This document shows, piece by piece, positions 24,226 to 38,169 of a stretch of DNA of 64,000 bases (positions are counted from its first letter, which is position 1; each line of letters starts with the position of its first letter). The translations under genes and the position numbers were made by a program. Source of the stretch: Carcharhinus amblyrhynchos (Eukaryota); assembly GCA_965287045.1 (NCBI GenBank), contig OZ336880.1, positions 40,796,001 through 40,860,000 on the forward strand. The letters run 5' to 3'. The notes below the pieces were generated by a model. That model was not told the DNA's origin. It searched no databases and saw only the letters and a list, made by a program, of their open reading frames with translations.

Positions 24226-25396
24226 GTACGTTATACTTAAATAAAAATGTATAGAATTATTTCAAGTGAACTTGCTACAAGAAATATGTTTTTATTTTTT
24301 CTGTGTTCATTGGAAGAGATGTATAGCGATTAATAATAAGCAGCACTGGGACCACTGCTCCAGTGCCTTTTGCACCGCCAACAACTTCATAATGAAAAGG
24401 TCCAGTTCTTTATAATATTTACATTTTGTTCCATCTGTATTGATTAGAATGCACTGAGAGTACTGAGATGTGGCAGTAAGGTTTCCAGTGCCCAGTAACC
24501 CTGGAAAGAAGGATGTATTTGGGTTGAAAAAGCATTGTGTGAGATTACAATTAGTCTTCTAAGGCCAAAATGTTGAGCAGTATGTCAACAAGATCATTAT
24601 AGTAATACATTGGATCACCCAGATTTTAAAAAAATGTTAACGTCTTGACAGATAATTCAGCTGCTGTATGTGAATAGATTTAATTGCAATAAAAACATGT
24701 GGCCTTGCTGAACCTTGTGTCACCTTGTCTGCAAGCACTATGTGCAGTACATGTTAATTGGCAGTGCAGTTTGGGGGAAGGTATAAACATTGGAATGGGA
24801 TTAGGCTACTTAGTCCCTCAAGCCTGATGCACCACCCAATGGGATCATAGCTGATTCTTGACCTAACTGTATATCTGACTTTGCCCCAGATTCCCTAAAA
24901 GGTTTGATTAACAAGGGTGGTGTGTGAAATTAGCCTCAATTATACTGTGAGCTAGTCCATGTTACATGCCAGAGCAACAGATGTTGAAATTACACTTTGT
25001 ATGTTTCGAGGCAAAAAAATTGATCATTTCAAAAAGTGGATCTGTCTTTTGTATTGCTTTTTGAGGCTGAAAGGGTGAATCTTTTTCTGGGTTTTGACAG
25101 AATCTCAAGTTGATAATTCACAAATGCGGAGGAGGGAGTCAACATGAATAGCATGTGAATTTCACTTCCGCTTGGTGCCAATTTGGCTGCAATGTGTGTT
25201 TCTCCCAGTGGCAAACCACAATGTGAAACTACAACCCAACTCTCAGTTGTACAGCAATTTGGAGCATCAGCATAATGTTCTATTGTGCCATTCAAATTGC
25301 GAAAATGTAGTCATTATTTACAGAAAATTTATGTTTGTTATTGCATATGTGTGTTTTTGAACATCAACATTTAAAACTGTGTTGTTTTCTTTGCAG

Positions 25397-25565
25397 CCAA
25401 GGAGCATTTACTGAGACCTCAGTTTGTGGAAAAGTTGAAAAATGTCAGTGTTAAAGAAGGTGCCCCTGTTGCAATGGCAGTAAAAGCTGTTGGAAACCCA
25501 AATCCTGATATTGTATGGCTGAAGAACAGTGATATTATTGCCCAACACAAGTATCCACATATTAA
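25397..25565 (+). CDS. ttn: Titin exon 27, start of Ig Z7
   Basis: KEHLLRPQFVEKLKNVSVKEG...PDIVWLKNSDII..HKYPHI; absent from the ORF track but phases fit. Confidence 0.93.
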
Positions 25566-25657
25566 GTAAGTACATTGTAATATTAATAAATTGTTAATAG
25601 GTACATGTGCATATGATGTATTTGCTGATTTGTAATTTCTACTTACTTGTATCTTAG

Positions 25658-27351
25658 GATTGAAGGTACTAAAGGAGAAGGAGCACTGAAAATTGATTCT
25701 GTAGCAAATTATGATGCTGCATGGTATACTGCAACTGCCATCAATAAAGCAGGTCGTGACACAACAAGATGTAAACTTAATGTTGAACTTGAATTTGCTG
25801 AACCTGAACCAGAAAGAAAGTTAATCATTCCAAAGGGGACCTATAAAGCTAAGGAGATATCGGCTCCTGAGCTAGAACCCCTTCATTTACGTTACGGCCA
25901 GGAACAGTGGGAGGAAGGTGATTTGTATGATAAGGAAAAACAACAGAAACCCCATTTCAAAAAGAAGACCAGTTCTGTGAGGCTCAAATGTTTCGGACCA
26001 GCACACTTTGAATGCAGACTAACACCAATTGGTGATCCGACAATGGTTGTTGAGTGGTTACTTGATAGTAAGCCTCTTGCTGCAGCGAACAGACTTCGTA
26101 TGATCAATGAATTTGGATACTGTAGTCTTGATTTTGAAGTAGCATATCCCCGGGATAGTGGTATCATCACCTGTAGAGCTACAAACAAGTATGGCACTGA
26201 TCAGACATCAGCAACTCTCATTGTAAAAGATGAAAAGAGCCTTGTTGAAGAATCTCAGTTACCTGAGGGTAGAAAAGGAATGCAACGAATTGAAGAACTT
26301 GAAAGAATAGCCCATGAAGGTGCACTTACAGGTCTTTCAGAAGAATTGATAAAAGAGAAGACAAAGCCTGAAATAGTTTTGTTCCCAGAACCAGCAAGAG
26401 TGCTGGAAGGTGAAATAGCACGCTACCGGTGTCGTGTCATAGGCTATCCTCAACCAAAGGTCAACTGGTATCTTAATGGGCAACTTATTCGCAAGAGCAA
26501 ACGGTTTAGGCTACGTTATGATGGTATCTACTACCTGGAAATTGTTGACTGCAAATCATATGATTCAGGTAATGTCAAAGTTACGGCAGAAAATCCTGAA
26601 GGGGTTGTGGAACACACAGTGAAGCTAGAAATAACAGAACGAGAAGATTTCAGGTCTATTTTACGGCGAGCCCCTGAACAGAAGGTTGAAACTGGCCCAT
26701 CAGAACCTGCCAAGCCATTCTTTGAAGTCATTAAGGTAGAAAAACCAGCTGAGGCTGCAGTCAAAGAGGTGGTGAAACTTAAAAAGGCTGAAAGAATTAT
26801 TCATGAGAAACTAACAGAGGAGACCGAAGAACTCCGTAGCAAATTTAAACGTAGAAAGGAAGAAGGTTATTATGAAGCCATTACAGCAGTGGAACTCAAA
26901 TCACGTAGAAAAGATGAAGCTTATGAAGAAATGCTGAGAAAAAGAAAGGAAGAACTTCTCCATTGGACCAAAGAAGTACCTGAGGAGGAAAAGAAACTCC
27001 CTCCTCCTGAAGGCACTGTCACCATTCCAACTTTTAAACCAGATAAGGTTCAGTTATCACCAAGTATGGAGGCACCCAAAATTTTGGAGCGTATTCAGAG
27101 TCAGACAGTGGCTTGTGGAGATGAAAGTCATTTCCGTGTTAGAGTGGTGGGCAAGCCAGACCCTGAATGCCAATGGTTTAAGAATGGTGTCAAACTTGAA
27201 AAATCTGAACGAATTTACTGGTATTGGCCTGAAGACAATGTCTGTGAACTTGTAATTAGAAATGTTGTACCTGAAGATTCTGCCAGTATAATGGTGAAAG
27301 CTATCAATGTTGTTGGTGAAACCTCAAGCCACGCTTTCCTGCTTGTACAAG
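25658..27351 (+). CDS. ttn: Titin exon 28 (end of Z7, Z8, Z9, I1)
   Basis: 1694 nt, open; [22 protein letters not shown] and the I1 signature [10 protein letters not shown]...[15 protein letters not shown]. Confidence 0.97.
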
Positions 27352-27442
27352 GTAATTAGCTTTGTCTACTAAATGCTAGATGTACGTTTTTTAAAAAATT
27401 ATTCTTCCTGATATTTATAGTATTTTCCTGATCTTTTTTCAG

Positions 27443-27724
27443 CCAAGCAAGTGATTACGTTTTCCGAGCAGTTGCATGATGTTAAAGCAAAAGAGAAAGA
27501 CACCATGGCAACTTTTGAATGTGAATTGTCAGAACCATTTATAAAAGTAGAATGGTTTAAGAATGACGTGCAGATTTTCCCTGGTGACAAATACCGAATG
27601 CATTCTGATCGGAAAGTTCATTTCCTGTCTGTATTGACAATTGCTATGACTGATGTTGCAGAATACACTTGTGCTCTTGTTGAAGATTCTTCTATACGAT
27701 CAACAGCAAAACTTATTGTTGAAG
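27443..27724 (+). CDS. ttn: Titin exon 29, Ig I2
   Basis: KQVITFSEQLHDVKAKEKDTMATFECE...; phase 1-1. Confidence 0.95.
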
Positions 27725-28569
27725 GTATGAAAGATGCATGAGTAGCAAAGCAAGAACTAAATAACTGCAACATAATAGACAGCAGCCAAAGAGTAATTAA
27801 AATGTGAATTAATTTTTTAGAATATTGGTTAAGTTACTTCTCTTTAAATATTACCATATTATGATTGAATGAAAATGCTTTTATCTCCATAATGTCAGTT
27901 GGTTAAGTTACAAAATGAAAAAGAAAACTCTTGGAAATTCCATCATTCATGTCAACTTACCATAGATTTAATGACTTTCTATGAATGCAGAAAGTTATTC
28001 TTATGTCTGCTGCTGGTGACGGTTTTGATGATTGATTGTTTTCATAAAATCATAAGGCCTTAATAAGATCACAAAGTCATAAGAAATTGGAGAAGGAGTA
28101 AGTCATTTGGCCCAATAGGACTGCTGCACCATTGGATAGGATTGTAGCGAATCATTTGTGGCCTGACCTCAAATTTCATGCCCCTGCCTTAAATATCCCT
28201 GTTGATCAAAAATCTGCCCAATACAGCTTTGAATGTGTTCTATGACACAAACTCCATTTGTTGTCTGTGGAAGAGAGTCCAAAGGTTAACAGACCTCTCC
28301 ATCTTCAGTGGCTGACCTCTGATTTTTAAGCTTTGCCTCCTGGTTCATGAGCAGTAACATCCTGTCAACTCTGTCTTGTCAATCCCCCTCAAAATCTTAT
28401 AAAATACAATCAGATTACCTCCCATTCTTCCAAATTCGGATGAGCATGGACCCTACCTGCTCAAACTTTCCTCTTATGATTGTTAACAATAAATGTAAAT
28501 GCAACATCAATTTCCACATGTACACTGATGGTAGCCAGTTTTTCACCACCACAATCTGGTACATCGAGA

Positions 28570-28737
28570 GAGAATTTAGCATGGCCAGTGCACCTAACCA
28601 GCATATCTTTCAGGCTGTGGGAGGAGACCAAAGCATTGGGAGGAAACCCACACAGACACAGGGAGAACATACAAACTCCGCACAGACAGTAACACAAACC
28701 AGGAATTAAACCTGGGTCCCTGGTGCTGTGAGGCAGC
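28570..28737 (-). mobile_element. HE1/V-SINE-like fragment, downstream of a CR1-like 3' relic (~28070-28480)
   Basis: Reverse complement of SINE head and core. Confidence 0.7.
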
Positions 28738-29069
28738 CATGCCAGTGGCTTGGTATCAGATATTTCTGATACCTGTGAAATGCACTGATCCATTTAACTA
28801 TGTTAAAGGTGCTACATAAATGCATGTTGTCATTGATTTATGAATAAACTCATTGATCCAACACTCCCTATAGGAAACCACATTTAAAGAAATAATAGGT
28901 TGGAGAATTTATACTACAGTGCTGTAGCTCAATCTCTGACCCATGCTCCTTCAAGCATGTCTTTGATTGAGAGCTTGAACTGATGAATTTACACTTTAAT
29001 AGCATTACTTAAGTCAAGATAGGCTATGATACGGTGGCTTAAAGTATGATTTTTTTAATCTTCATATAG

Positions 29070-29336
29070 GAGCTGTCCTTGAATTCACCCAAGAGCTTGC
29101 GGACTTAGAAGTGCCAGAGTTATTCTCAGGTGAATTAGAATGTGCTTTTTCAAGTGAGGATGCTGAAGGAAAATGGTACAAAGGAGATGTAGAGATCCAG
29201 CCCAGCAACAAATACTATATGTCCTCTCGTCGTGGTCGCCATACTTTAGCAGTTAAAGATGTTGTCAAGGAAGACCAGGGCAGATACAGTTTTGTTGTTG
29301 AAGGCAAAAAGACAAGTTGCAATCTGAAGATGAAAC
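29070..29336 (+). CDS. ttn: Titin exon 30, Ig I3
   Basis: Ig I-set; AG/GT bounded, 267 nt. Confidence 0.94.
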
Positions 29337-29494
29337 GTAAGTTAATTTGTATGTAAATCAGTAATAATCAGCTCATTTTTAATCTAATAAAGCATTTGGT
29401 TTGAAGATGGAATGCATTCACAATGATGGTAAATTCAACAATTTTGGAGATATTGCAAGGGTTTATTGACAAAGGTCACCTTTGTTACTTGCAG

Positions 29495-29767
29495 CACGTG
29501 CTGTGACAATTCTTCAAGACCTTGGAGACCAGAACATTTGTGAAGGCGATATTGCCCAACTTGAAGTTAAATTCTCTCAAGAAAATGTTGAAGGTGTCTG
29601 GCAAAAGAATGGTCAAGAAATCCAGGCTAATGAACGTGTTCACCTTGTTATAGACAAAACATCACATATGTTGCTGATTGAGGATGCAACAAAAGAAGAC
29701 GCTGGCATATATTCATTTCATGCCACTGATTTTGACCTCTCTACATCTGGACATTTAACTGTGCAAT
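29495..29767 (+). CDS. ttn: Titin exon 31, Ig I4
   Basis: CEGDIAQLEVKFSQENVEGVWQKNG...; 273 nt. Confidence 0.94.
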
Positions 29768-29875
29768 GTAAATGCTTTTTTTATCTTTATTTTTTACAAT
29801 TTTGTAACGTTTCATTCAGTTATAGGAGGTATCCCGGGATTTCCAAATGACAGCCATATTTTCTTTACTTTCCAG

Positions 29876-30139
29876 CTATTGAAGTTGTGATCCCTCTTAA
29901 AGACCTTACTGTAATTGAGGGAACAAAGGCAGTTTTAGAGTGCAAAGTCTCAGTTGCACACATTACTTCTGTGAAATGGTACTTCAATGACCAACCAGTT
30001 GAACTTGGTGACAGGATACAAACTGTTGCAAAAGGGGCTAAACAGCGTCTGGTAATCAGCAGGTCCTTTGCCTCAGACGAAGGATGCTACAAACTTGTCA
30101 TTGGCAAAACTGAAACAAGCTGTAATCTAACAGTTGAAC
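29876..30139 (+). CDS. ttn: Titin exon 32, Ig I5
   Basis: PLKDLTVIEGTKAVLECKVS...; 264 nt. Confidence 0.94.
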
Positions 30140-30236
30140 GTAAGTGACCAATTATTGTGAACTGGTTTAAGAAGTTTATATTGTTTTTATTCGGCATTTT
30201 GTTTTCTGAAATTTGGATTTGTGTCTTTTCTTATAG

Positions 30237-30497
30237 GAATTGAAATTATTAGAGGACTCAAAAATATTACATGCACAGAGACTCAGAGTATTACCTTTGA
30301 AGCAGAGTTGTCTCATACTGGAATTGATGTGGCATGGTTATTTAGGAACCAAGAGCTCAAAACAGATTCCAAATACAACGTAGAGGCAAAGGGCAAAATT
30401 TACAGACTGACTGTAATGGACATAATGAAGGACGAAGAAGGAGAATATACATTTATGGCTGGTGAGAAGACATCAAAAGCAAGCCTTACAGTTTCAG
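30237..30497 (+). CDS. ttn: Titin exon 33, Ig I6
   Basis: IIRGLKNITCTETQSITFEAELSH...; 261 nt. Confidence 0.94.
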
Positions 30498-32686
30498 GTA
30501 TGAAGAAGTTGATATACTATAGAACATAGTTCTTTCTATTTGTTTGCACTAAAGATTATGGGAGTTCTTCATAAAAATAAAAGCCAACTCATAATTAAAT
30601 ATTGTAAATACCTAGGTATCATTACTGTTACTATAAAATGGTTTGAGACAGCTACAATGAAAACAAAAACCAGCCCTCGCTCCTCATGCTCATGCATTCC
30701 ACATGCCTCCCAATGCATGCCACTTCATGTCCCCACCACTTTTCATGGCCCCTCATAATCTCCACTCCCTTTCAGCCACCCCCATGCCATCTCAACCTAT
30801 GCTCTTTACTCACCTCCCATAACTCTTCATAGCCTCATGCTAACTAAGTTCCAACACTTGCCAGCCCATGATCCTTTGCTCTTACACTCACCATGCCAAA
30901 TCATCCAGTACCCACCATGAGCAGATCTCAGGGAACCATGTTGAGATGACATAAAATAAAGTTCTAAGTGTTGATTGCAAAATTCACTATTAAAAAAAAG
31001 TCATTCCTACAATCTCATTCAATATATGTACATTCTTTCAAACACTTAATCCCTAATAAAAACAAACATTTATTTCAAGTACTTTAATCACTTAGGAAAA
31101 AAAATTATATCCATTATGCCACATTAAAAAGAATTATAAACCCTTACTGCTCTCAATCAAACTATGAACTTACACCCCCACACCTGATCATGGTAATGCT
31201 AGATCATGGAATCAGACATGCAACATTGAGCCCAACTGTTATCCCTCAGGCTTAAGTAAACAGACAGGTAGTGAAATGGGAAACTGCAGGTTGGAAGTTT
31301 TGTTTTAGAAAACGATCTTGAGGATTTGAATGACAGCCTGACTTTTCTATTGAGCTTATCCACTTTTAACAAACATTGATATCTACACTTGTATAGGAGC
31401 ATTTTTCAGAGACTATGGCCAGTATTTCATGATCTCGCTCAGACAAGGCTCGTAAAATCCTACCCAAGGCCAACAGAGAATTCCATTCTGCAAGCCACAC
31501 CTGCCCCGATTCCAGGGCGAGTGTTGGCAATAAAATTTGGGCATATGTGATGTGCTGGCTTTCACATGGTTGATTTCCACCCTTAATTATGGCTCAGCTA
31601 ACACAAAGACTTGTGGAGGCAGTACTCTGGTAAAAGACATTTTTTATTTTCTAAGCTTGGTCAATGTACGAGGAAGAGCGATTTGGAGCAGTTCCAAATC
31701 AACTCTGAAATTACATGACTCTTTGTTCTCTAATTATACAATTTTCAAAGCTATTTGGCCACCCCAGCTGGATATGAGCCTATCATTATAAGTGTAGATT
31801 ATATACCTTGGCCAATAACACTACACCTGGGCAGCATGGGACTGTGTGATCAGCTTGTGGACCTTAAAGGCCTTACTTATAGTATCCTGATGTTTTCCAG
31901 ACCCCTTTATCTGGTGTCCTTGGTTCTGCATGTATCCCATTAAGGGCTGTCTGGAGACTACTGATAAGAATTGTATTTTTTCCTTTGCTCAGCAGCAAAG
32001 TGTTTTAAGGAATGTGGCTCTTTTCACTTAAATATGCCCCATTATGCTTTATGAGCATTATGTTGTTAATACAGGTTTAAGTTTGCTTTAAAAACAATGT
32101 TTAAATTCTCTAATTGTGGTTATATGTACCTCTATGCAAGAGGTTTATAACTTTATAACTCTTTCTGTATCCGATCTTATCTACCCCAGTCTGCTGATCA
32201 TTGGTCTCAAGCCATTCTGAATCTCCTTACAACTTGACAATACTAAAAGGGAAACTGACCGCTTCCAAGGCGCACCTTGCCTCCCCAAGGATATCTTCTA
32301 AATTTCTACTGCAGCTATTCTCAGACACTTAAAGTCTGCAAGTCATATTTTGGACATTATAGTTATGAAAATAGCATCTGTTTGCAGGCAATTACACTTC
32401 TACATGCAGCTGCCTGCATGAACCACGGATGTGCACACTACAATCCAATCCCTGCCCCAGCCTCAGCCTCCAGTGCTCCCCTAACATTGTCCTGGTGAAA
32501 ATTATGGGTGCCAAGGTCAGGGGCAGGACATTCAGAATCTGAGCTGTAGTGCCATTTTTGCTAAGGCATGGAGCCCTCATTTTGGGTCATTGCTTATATG
32601 TGCATGCAAATATGTAGTTAATTGTTATTTGGTAATATTTTGTTGCCTTTAATTTGCTTCATTCCCATATTTTTATACAACCATAG

Positions 32687-32947
32687 GTGGTGCTATCAGC
32701 AAACCTCTTGAGGACCAGACAGTGCCTGAATCACAGCCAACTATGTTTGAATGTGTAGTTGCTAATCCAAAATCTGAGGGAATATGGTCAAAGGATGGCA
32801 AACCAATAAGCTTTAGTAATATTATCCGAAGTGAAGTAGATGGAGTTACCAGGCGTCTTGTAATTGATATCACTAAATCAGAAGATGCCGCTGAATACTC
32901 GTACCAAGTTGCAAACTCCAAGACATCTGCTAAGCTGAAGGTTGAAG
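32687..32947 (+). CDS. ttn: Titin exon 34, Ig I7
   Basis: GAISKPLEDQTVPESQ...SAKLKVE; 261 nt. Confidence 0.94.
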
Positions 32948-34299
32948 GTAAGTTTCACAAACACCAAAAAGATTATGTTTAGACATGATTGTGATCTTTT
33001 ATGTTTCATTGAGAATTATTGAATTCATTTGTGAAAATTATGAAGTGTAATTGCCAAATTATTTAACTGTTAATGGAAAAATACTTCTCATCTATTATAA
33101 GAACACAAATACTTAGAAATATCAAAATAGGATTTTAGCTAATTTTGAAAAATTAATAATTTAATTTGCATTAAATATTGCAATGTGTATTTCAAAGCAG
33201 CAATATGGTGACATATTGAAGGATTTCATGATGTAAAGAGAAATTTGTTACTGTCTCCCTTAGAAATCACGGCAAAATGAATCACATAGCTTAACAAGAG
33301 AATAATAATAGAATTTAACACATTTGGTAAGAGATAGCATCTTAACATTTAAATATTACACACAGATAGTAGATGAAAAGTTGAAAATCCAGCTTCTGTA
33401 TCTAATCAAAACATAAGTCAGAACTTTGTGAGTGTTCATTCTGGTAGTGTCTTCTGGTCCCAGTGACAGTGCGGGTTTCCTAGCGGTGTGGGGTGGAATC
33501 TATGGGAAATCCCATGACAGTGGCAGGACTAAAATATCTCATCACTGGCCAATAGCACATTGCCTCCTGCTGCAAGAAAGTTGCTGTGGAGAGGCCAAAG
33601 AATCCCACCCCAATTCCTTTCAAAATAGATTATGAATGACTTCTGACAATTAAATAAATCGGATATCCTTTTTTCCCTATGCATAATTTTACTTTGCAAA
33701 ACTTGATTTTCATGAAAATTATTTACAAAACGTTGTTATAACAGAAGGCATGAGGGAAAAGTAGAGTGGCTGCTTTGTTATTTTCATTTAAAAGACATTT
33801 GTTTTTTATCTATTTGTTACTGGATCCTTTGTGTATGGGAAAACTGACAGCTTTGCTGTTCTCCAAAGATAAAATATGTGAAGTAGTTTCAGAAAATTTA
33901 AATGTTGTTCCTTTTTAATGGCAATTATTGGAGCAATAGAAGAAAGTTTATTACTCTCATTTAAATTATGTAAGCTACCTCTCTAGAGCTGATTCGAAAT
34001 CTCTTACTATTGAAAATTTAACATAAGTGGATGCTCTGACATTTAATGTAAATACTTAGTCCCATTACCCTAGACCAAGGTGAAAATTAGAAATTTGATA
34101 TCAGCTGAGGTGTAAAAAGAAATGGCAATTTTGCTCAATTGGTTCTGTGCAATAAAACACCTGATTAAAAATATGTAACACAGCATGAGATTTAATCAGA
34201 GTAAGATATCAATTAATTACAAAATACCACTTGATCTTTGCAAAAGGGTTTGGTGTTACTGAGGAGTAGTACTTTCCACTCCTTTCCGGTCAATTCACA

Positions 34300-34663
34300 G
34301 GGAGGTGATGGCGAACTGGAAATATTGCAAGCGATTAATCCAAAAACTCAGCTAATATTCTGCAGACCAGGTTCAAATTCCACCATGGCAGATGATGGAT
34401 TTTGAATTCAATAAAATATATCTGGAATTAAGAATTTACTAATCACCATAAAACCATTGTCAGTTGTTGTAAAAAAAGACATCTGGTTCACTAATGTCCT
34501 TCAGGGAAGGAAATCTACCATCCTTACCTGATCTGGCCTACATGTGACTCTCAACTATCCTCCAACGTTTCCTAGCAAGCCACTCAGTTCACAAGCAACT
34601 AGGAATGAGCAATAAATGCAGGCCAGCCACTGATTCACATGTCCCGCAACTGAACAAAAAAAA
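34300..34663 (+). mobile_element. Deu-domain SINE (SacSINE1-like)
   Basis: B-box GGTTCAAATTCC, GGTTCACTAATGTCCTTCAGGGAAGGAAATCT core, GCAATAAATGCAGGCCAGCC tail and poly-A. Confidence 0.6.
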
Positions 34664-34744
34664 TGATGAGCTGGATGATGAGCCAATGTAAAATTGAGAT
34701 TGCATTGTAAAATAAATAATGTTCATAAAATTATTCTCCTAAAG

Positions 34745-35008
34745 CTATCAAAGTAAAGAAGACTTTGAAGAATCAGACAGTCACAGAAACCCAAGATGCA
34801 GTCTTTACCTTGGAGCTTACACACCCTGATGTGACCGGAGCCCAGTGGATTAAAAATGGGGAAGAAATCAAACCAAGTGACAAGTATGAGATTACCGTTG
34901 ATGGAGTCATTCACACTCTTAAAATTAAGAAGTGTCTAGTTTCAGATGAATCTGTGTACAACTTCAAACTTGGCAGAGTGTCAGCCAATGCCAGACTTCA
35001 TGTGGAGG
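34745..35008 (+). CDS. ttn: Titin exon 35, Ig I8
   Basis: IKVKKTLKNQTVTETQDAVFTLELTHPDV...; 264 nt. Confidence 0.94.
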
Positions 35009-35552
35009 GTAAATAGAGAATTTTGAGTTTTTTATGCTGCTTGACAATACTATGTATTAAAAATTCAATTACTGTAGGCTGTAATTTCTTAAAAACGCCT
35101 GGCGCTATTTTTAACTCTGCTAATATGTACTACTGCGTTCTTGTATTCTGCATTTTAAACGTATTTATAGGAATGCTTTGAAGCTTACAGAATTGTACAT
35201 TAACATTTTGGCTAGTTCAGGAAAAGAAATTTATTATTTTGGACAGCCTAATGACAAAGCTTCATAAAATTTGAGTATCAGCTCAGTGCTTTAGTGCAAA
35301 AGCCTGAATAAAATATCATATAAATAAATGGATATAAATAATAACAACATATTAATTTCTCATGAATTAATTTGTTAAAATTTGTTAATTATGCATTACA
35401 TTACACCACTTTAATTTAAATTTATAAAACTAAAGCTATCAAACTGGAAATATGTGTTCATATTCTTTATCACATCAGCTATTGCTGTGTCATCTAAAAT
35501 TTTTACTTGAACATGCAGAACTTAAAACAATGTTTTGATTTTATGTTATTAG

Positions 35553-35813
35553 TTATCAAAGTAATTAAGAAACCAAAGGACATCACTGCCATGGAAAATG
35601 CCACTGCTACTTTTGAACTAAGTGTGTCACATGACAATGTGCCAGTAAAATGGATGTTCAACAATGTGGAACTTAAGACAAGTGACAAGTGTAAAGTCAT
35701 TTCACAAAGGAAAGTTCACAAACTAGTATTGGAGAATGTCACCCCAGCGCAAGTTGGCGAGTATTCAGCCATTATTGGACAACTTGAATGCAAAGCAAAA
35801 CTTTTTGTTGAAT
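35553..35813 (+). CDS. ttn: Titin exon 36, Ig I9
   Basis: IKVIKKPKDITAMENATATFELSVSHD...; 261 nt. Confidence 0.94.
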
Positions 35814-36574
35814 GTGAGTATATACTTTTATGTTCTGCAGTAACAATCCATTATAAAACAACAATTCAAATATAAAATCAAAAATGTACTCATCCCAAAA
35901 TATATTGGATGGTATTTTGCACTTTGTGCACCAAGTGCTGGCTGACGTGGGCAGCTGTCCAGCTGCATAGCTGAGCTTTCTCTCCAGATTCTCTGGCACC
36001 CTATGCACAGAAAATCTGGGGGAATGGTTTTCACCATCACACTGGAGGTGTGGGGCCTGATAGAGCTGTCAATGCCAGCTCCACGGAGATCACGGCATTG
36101 TTTTTAAAATGCGCCCCAATTTGTGCTGTTTAAAGAAACGCTCCTCCCCCTCCCCCCCACAAAAAAAAAGCACTGGGGCAACCATCATCCTCAGTGCAAA
36201 AACAAAACTCTTATGGGCACACAGTTGAGTGTCTCAGAGGGCACACTGCGGTGCCACTGGTTAGAACTGCAAGTGTGTTACAAGGGCAATGTCAGGGATA
36301 TTCTTTATGTGGGGGAGCAAATGGTGGGAAAGCCTTTAAGTGTATTTAGCTTTATTAAAATGTATTTAAATGAAAGGGCAGGAACCTTGTTATGTCACCA
36401 GCATTAAGCATGTCAAATTGGAAAATGAATTCCCACTGGCGAGAATCCCTTTTTCTGATTCTTGCGAGATTTTACGTCCCCATCACTGTTTGCACAGGTA
36501 GCAATCACGGGCACAAAATCACCCCTGTTATCTATTTCCCACGTTCTAATTTATTTATTTATTTATTTATTTAG

Positions 36575-36835
36575 CTGTACACATCACCAAGACAATGAAG
36601 AATATTGAAATTCCGGAGACAAAGAATGCAACCTTTCAGTGTGAAGTGTCTCATTTCAATGTCCCAGCCACATGGTTGAAAAATGGTGTGGAAATAGAAA
36701 TGAGCGACAAGTTCAAAGTAGTTGTACAAGGCAAACTCCACCAGCTGACTATCATGAACACAAGCCATGAGGACTCTGCAGAGTATACCTTCATCTGTGG
36801 AAATAATAAAGTGTCAGCTACTCTGACAGTGAACC
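36575..36835 (+). CDS. ttn: Titin exon 37, Ig I10
   Basis: HITKTMKNIEIPETKNATFQCEVSHFNVP...; acceptor preceded by (ATTT)n. Confidence 0.94.
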
Positions 36836-36997
36836 GTAAGATGTCCTCATTCACGTAGATATTGTTAAGCAATAAATTTTAAGTTAGTCTTACATAATTA
36901 CAGATGAAAATAACTAAGTACCAAACTGTTAATAATGATTAGAATGTGTACATTGATAATATTTCTCTGCAACTAAACGCATGTTTTCTCTCTTTAG

Positions 36998-37258
36998 CGA
37001 TTTTAATAACATCCATGCTAAAGGACATGAATGCACAAGAGAAGGATACAATTACTTTCGAAGTAACAGTGAACTATGAAGGTATTACTTATAAATGGCT
37101 GAAGAATGGGAAAGAAATCAGATCAACTGACAGAACCCATATAAAGACCAAACAATTAACACACACACTTACAATCCGAAATATTCACTTTGGTGACGCG
37201 GCAGAATACAGTTTTGTTGCTGGATCAGCCTCATCTGCAGCGACTTTATATGTGGAAG
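36998..37258 (+). CDS. ttn: Titin exon 38, Ig I11
   Basis: ILITSMLKDMNAQEKDTITFEVTVNYEGITYKWLKNG... Confidence 0.94.
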
Positions 37259-37354
37259 GTAATTAATGAAGTCATTTACTTGTACTTTTGTTTTAATTAC
37301 AAAATTGACTGTAAAATCACATGTTTAATACATGCTGCACGCTTCCTTTTATAG

Positions 37355-37496
37355 CTCGGCACATCGAATTTAGGAAACACATCAAAGATATCAAAGTCGT
37401 TGAGAAGAAGAAAGCCACCTTTGAGTGTGAAGTTTCAGAACCAAACATTGCAATACAGTGGATGAAAGATGGTACGGCACTTGAGGCTTCTGACAG
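37355..37496 (+). CDS. ttn: Titin exon 39, start of Ig I12
   Basis: RHIEFRKHIKDIKVVEKKKATFECEVSEP...; phase 1-2. Confidence 0.92.
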
Positions 37497-37605
37497 GTAA
37501 GTATCTGATCTATTCAGCATTTGATAAGTCAGTTTCCTGTGTTAAATATGTTATAAAAGCCAAATACGGAATCACATTTATATCTTTTTGATTTTTTGTT
37601 TACAG

Positions 37606-37774
37606 AATTAAAATCGTCGATGATAAATTTATCCATCGTCTCACCATTCCCGTTACAAAAATGGCCGATGCAGGCCAGTATGCAGCAGTGGCAGGTGGAA
37701 CTATTTCTACTGCTAATTTGTATGTGGAAGCTCGACACATTGTGATTTCAAAACCTGTTCATTCAGATATTCAG
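37606..37774 (+). CDS. ttn: Titin exon 40 (end of I12, start of I13)
   Basis: IKIVDDKFIHRLTIP...AGGTISTANLYVEAR...; phase 2-0. Confidence 0.92.
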
Positions 37775-37920
37775 GTATTAAGTATTCCTTTTTTATTTAA
37801 AACCAGTAACTTTGACAGTTATCAGAAGTAACAACATATAAATTGATAACAGAACTAAGAACCATTAGTTTTACTCTTTCCGTACATTATCTTAATAAGA
37901 AAATAATTTCCTGTAATCAG

Positions 37921-38152
37921 GTCATTGAGAAAAAGAAGGCTATCTTTGAATTTCAAGTTGATGAAGATGATGTTGAGGCTCAGTGGCTCAAGAATGGAAC
38001 TGAGATCAACTTTGAGGCTGAAGAAAGATACAGATATATAATCCAAAGACGGGTACATCGCATGACCATTACTGAAACAAAAGTTAGTGATTCTGGAGAG
38101 TATACCTTTGTGGCTGGCAGGAATCGAAGTTCTATGACGCTTACTGTTAATG
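37921..38152 (+). CDS. ttn: Titin exon 41, Ig I13
   Basis: VIEKKKAIFEFQVDEDDV...AGRNRSSMTLTVN; phase 0-1. Confidence 0.94.
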
Positions 38153-38169
38153 GTACGTTTAAGAGCAAC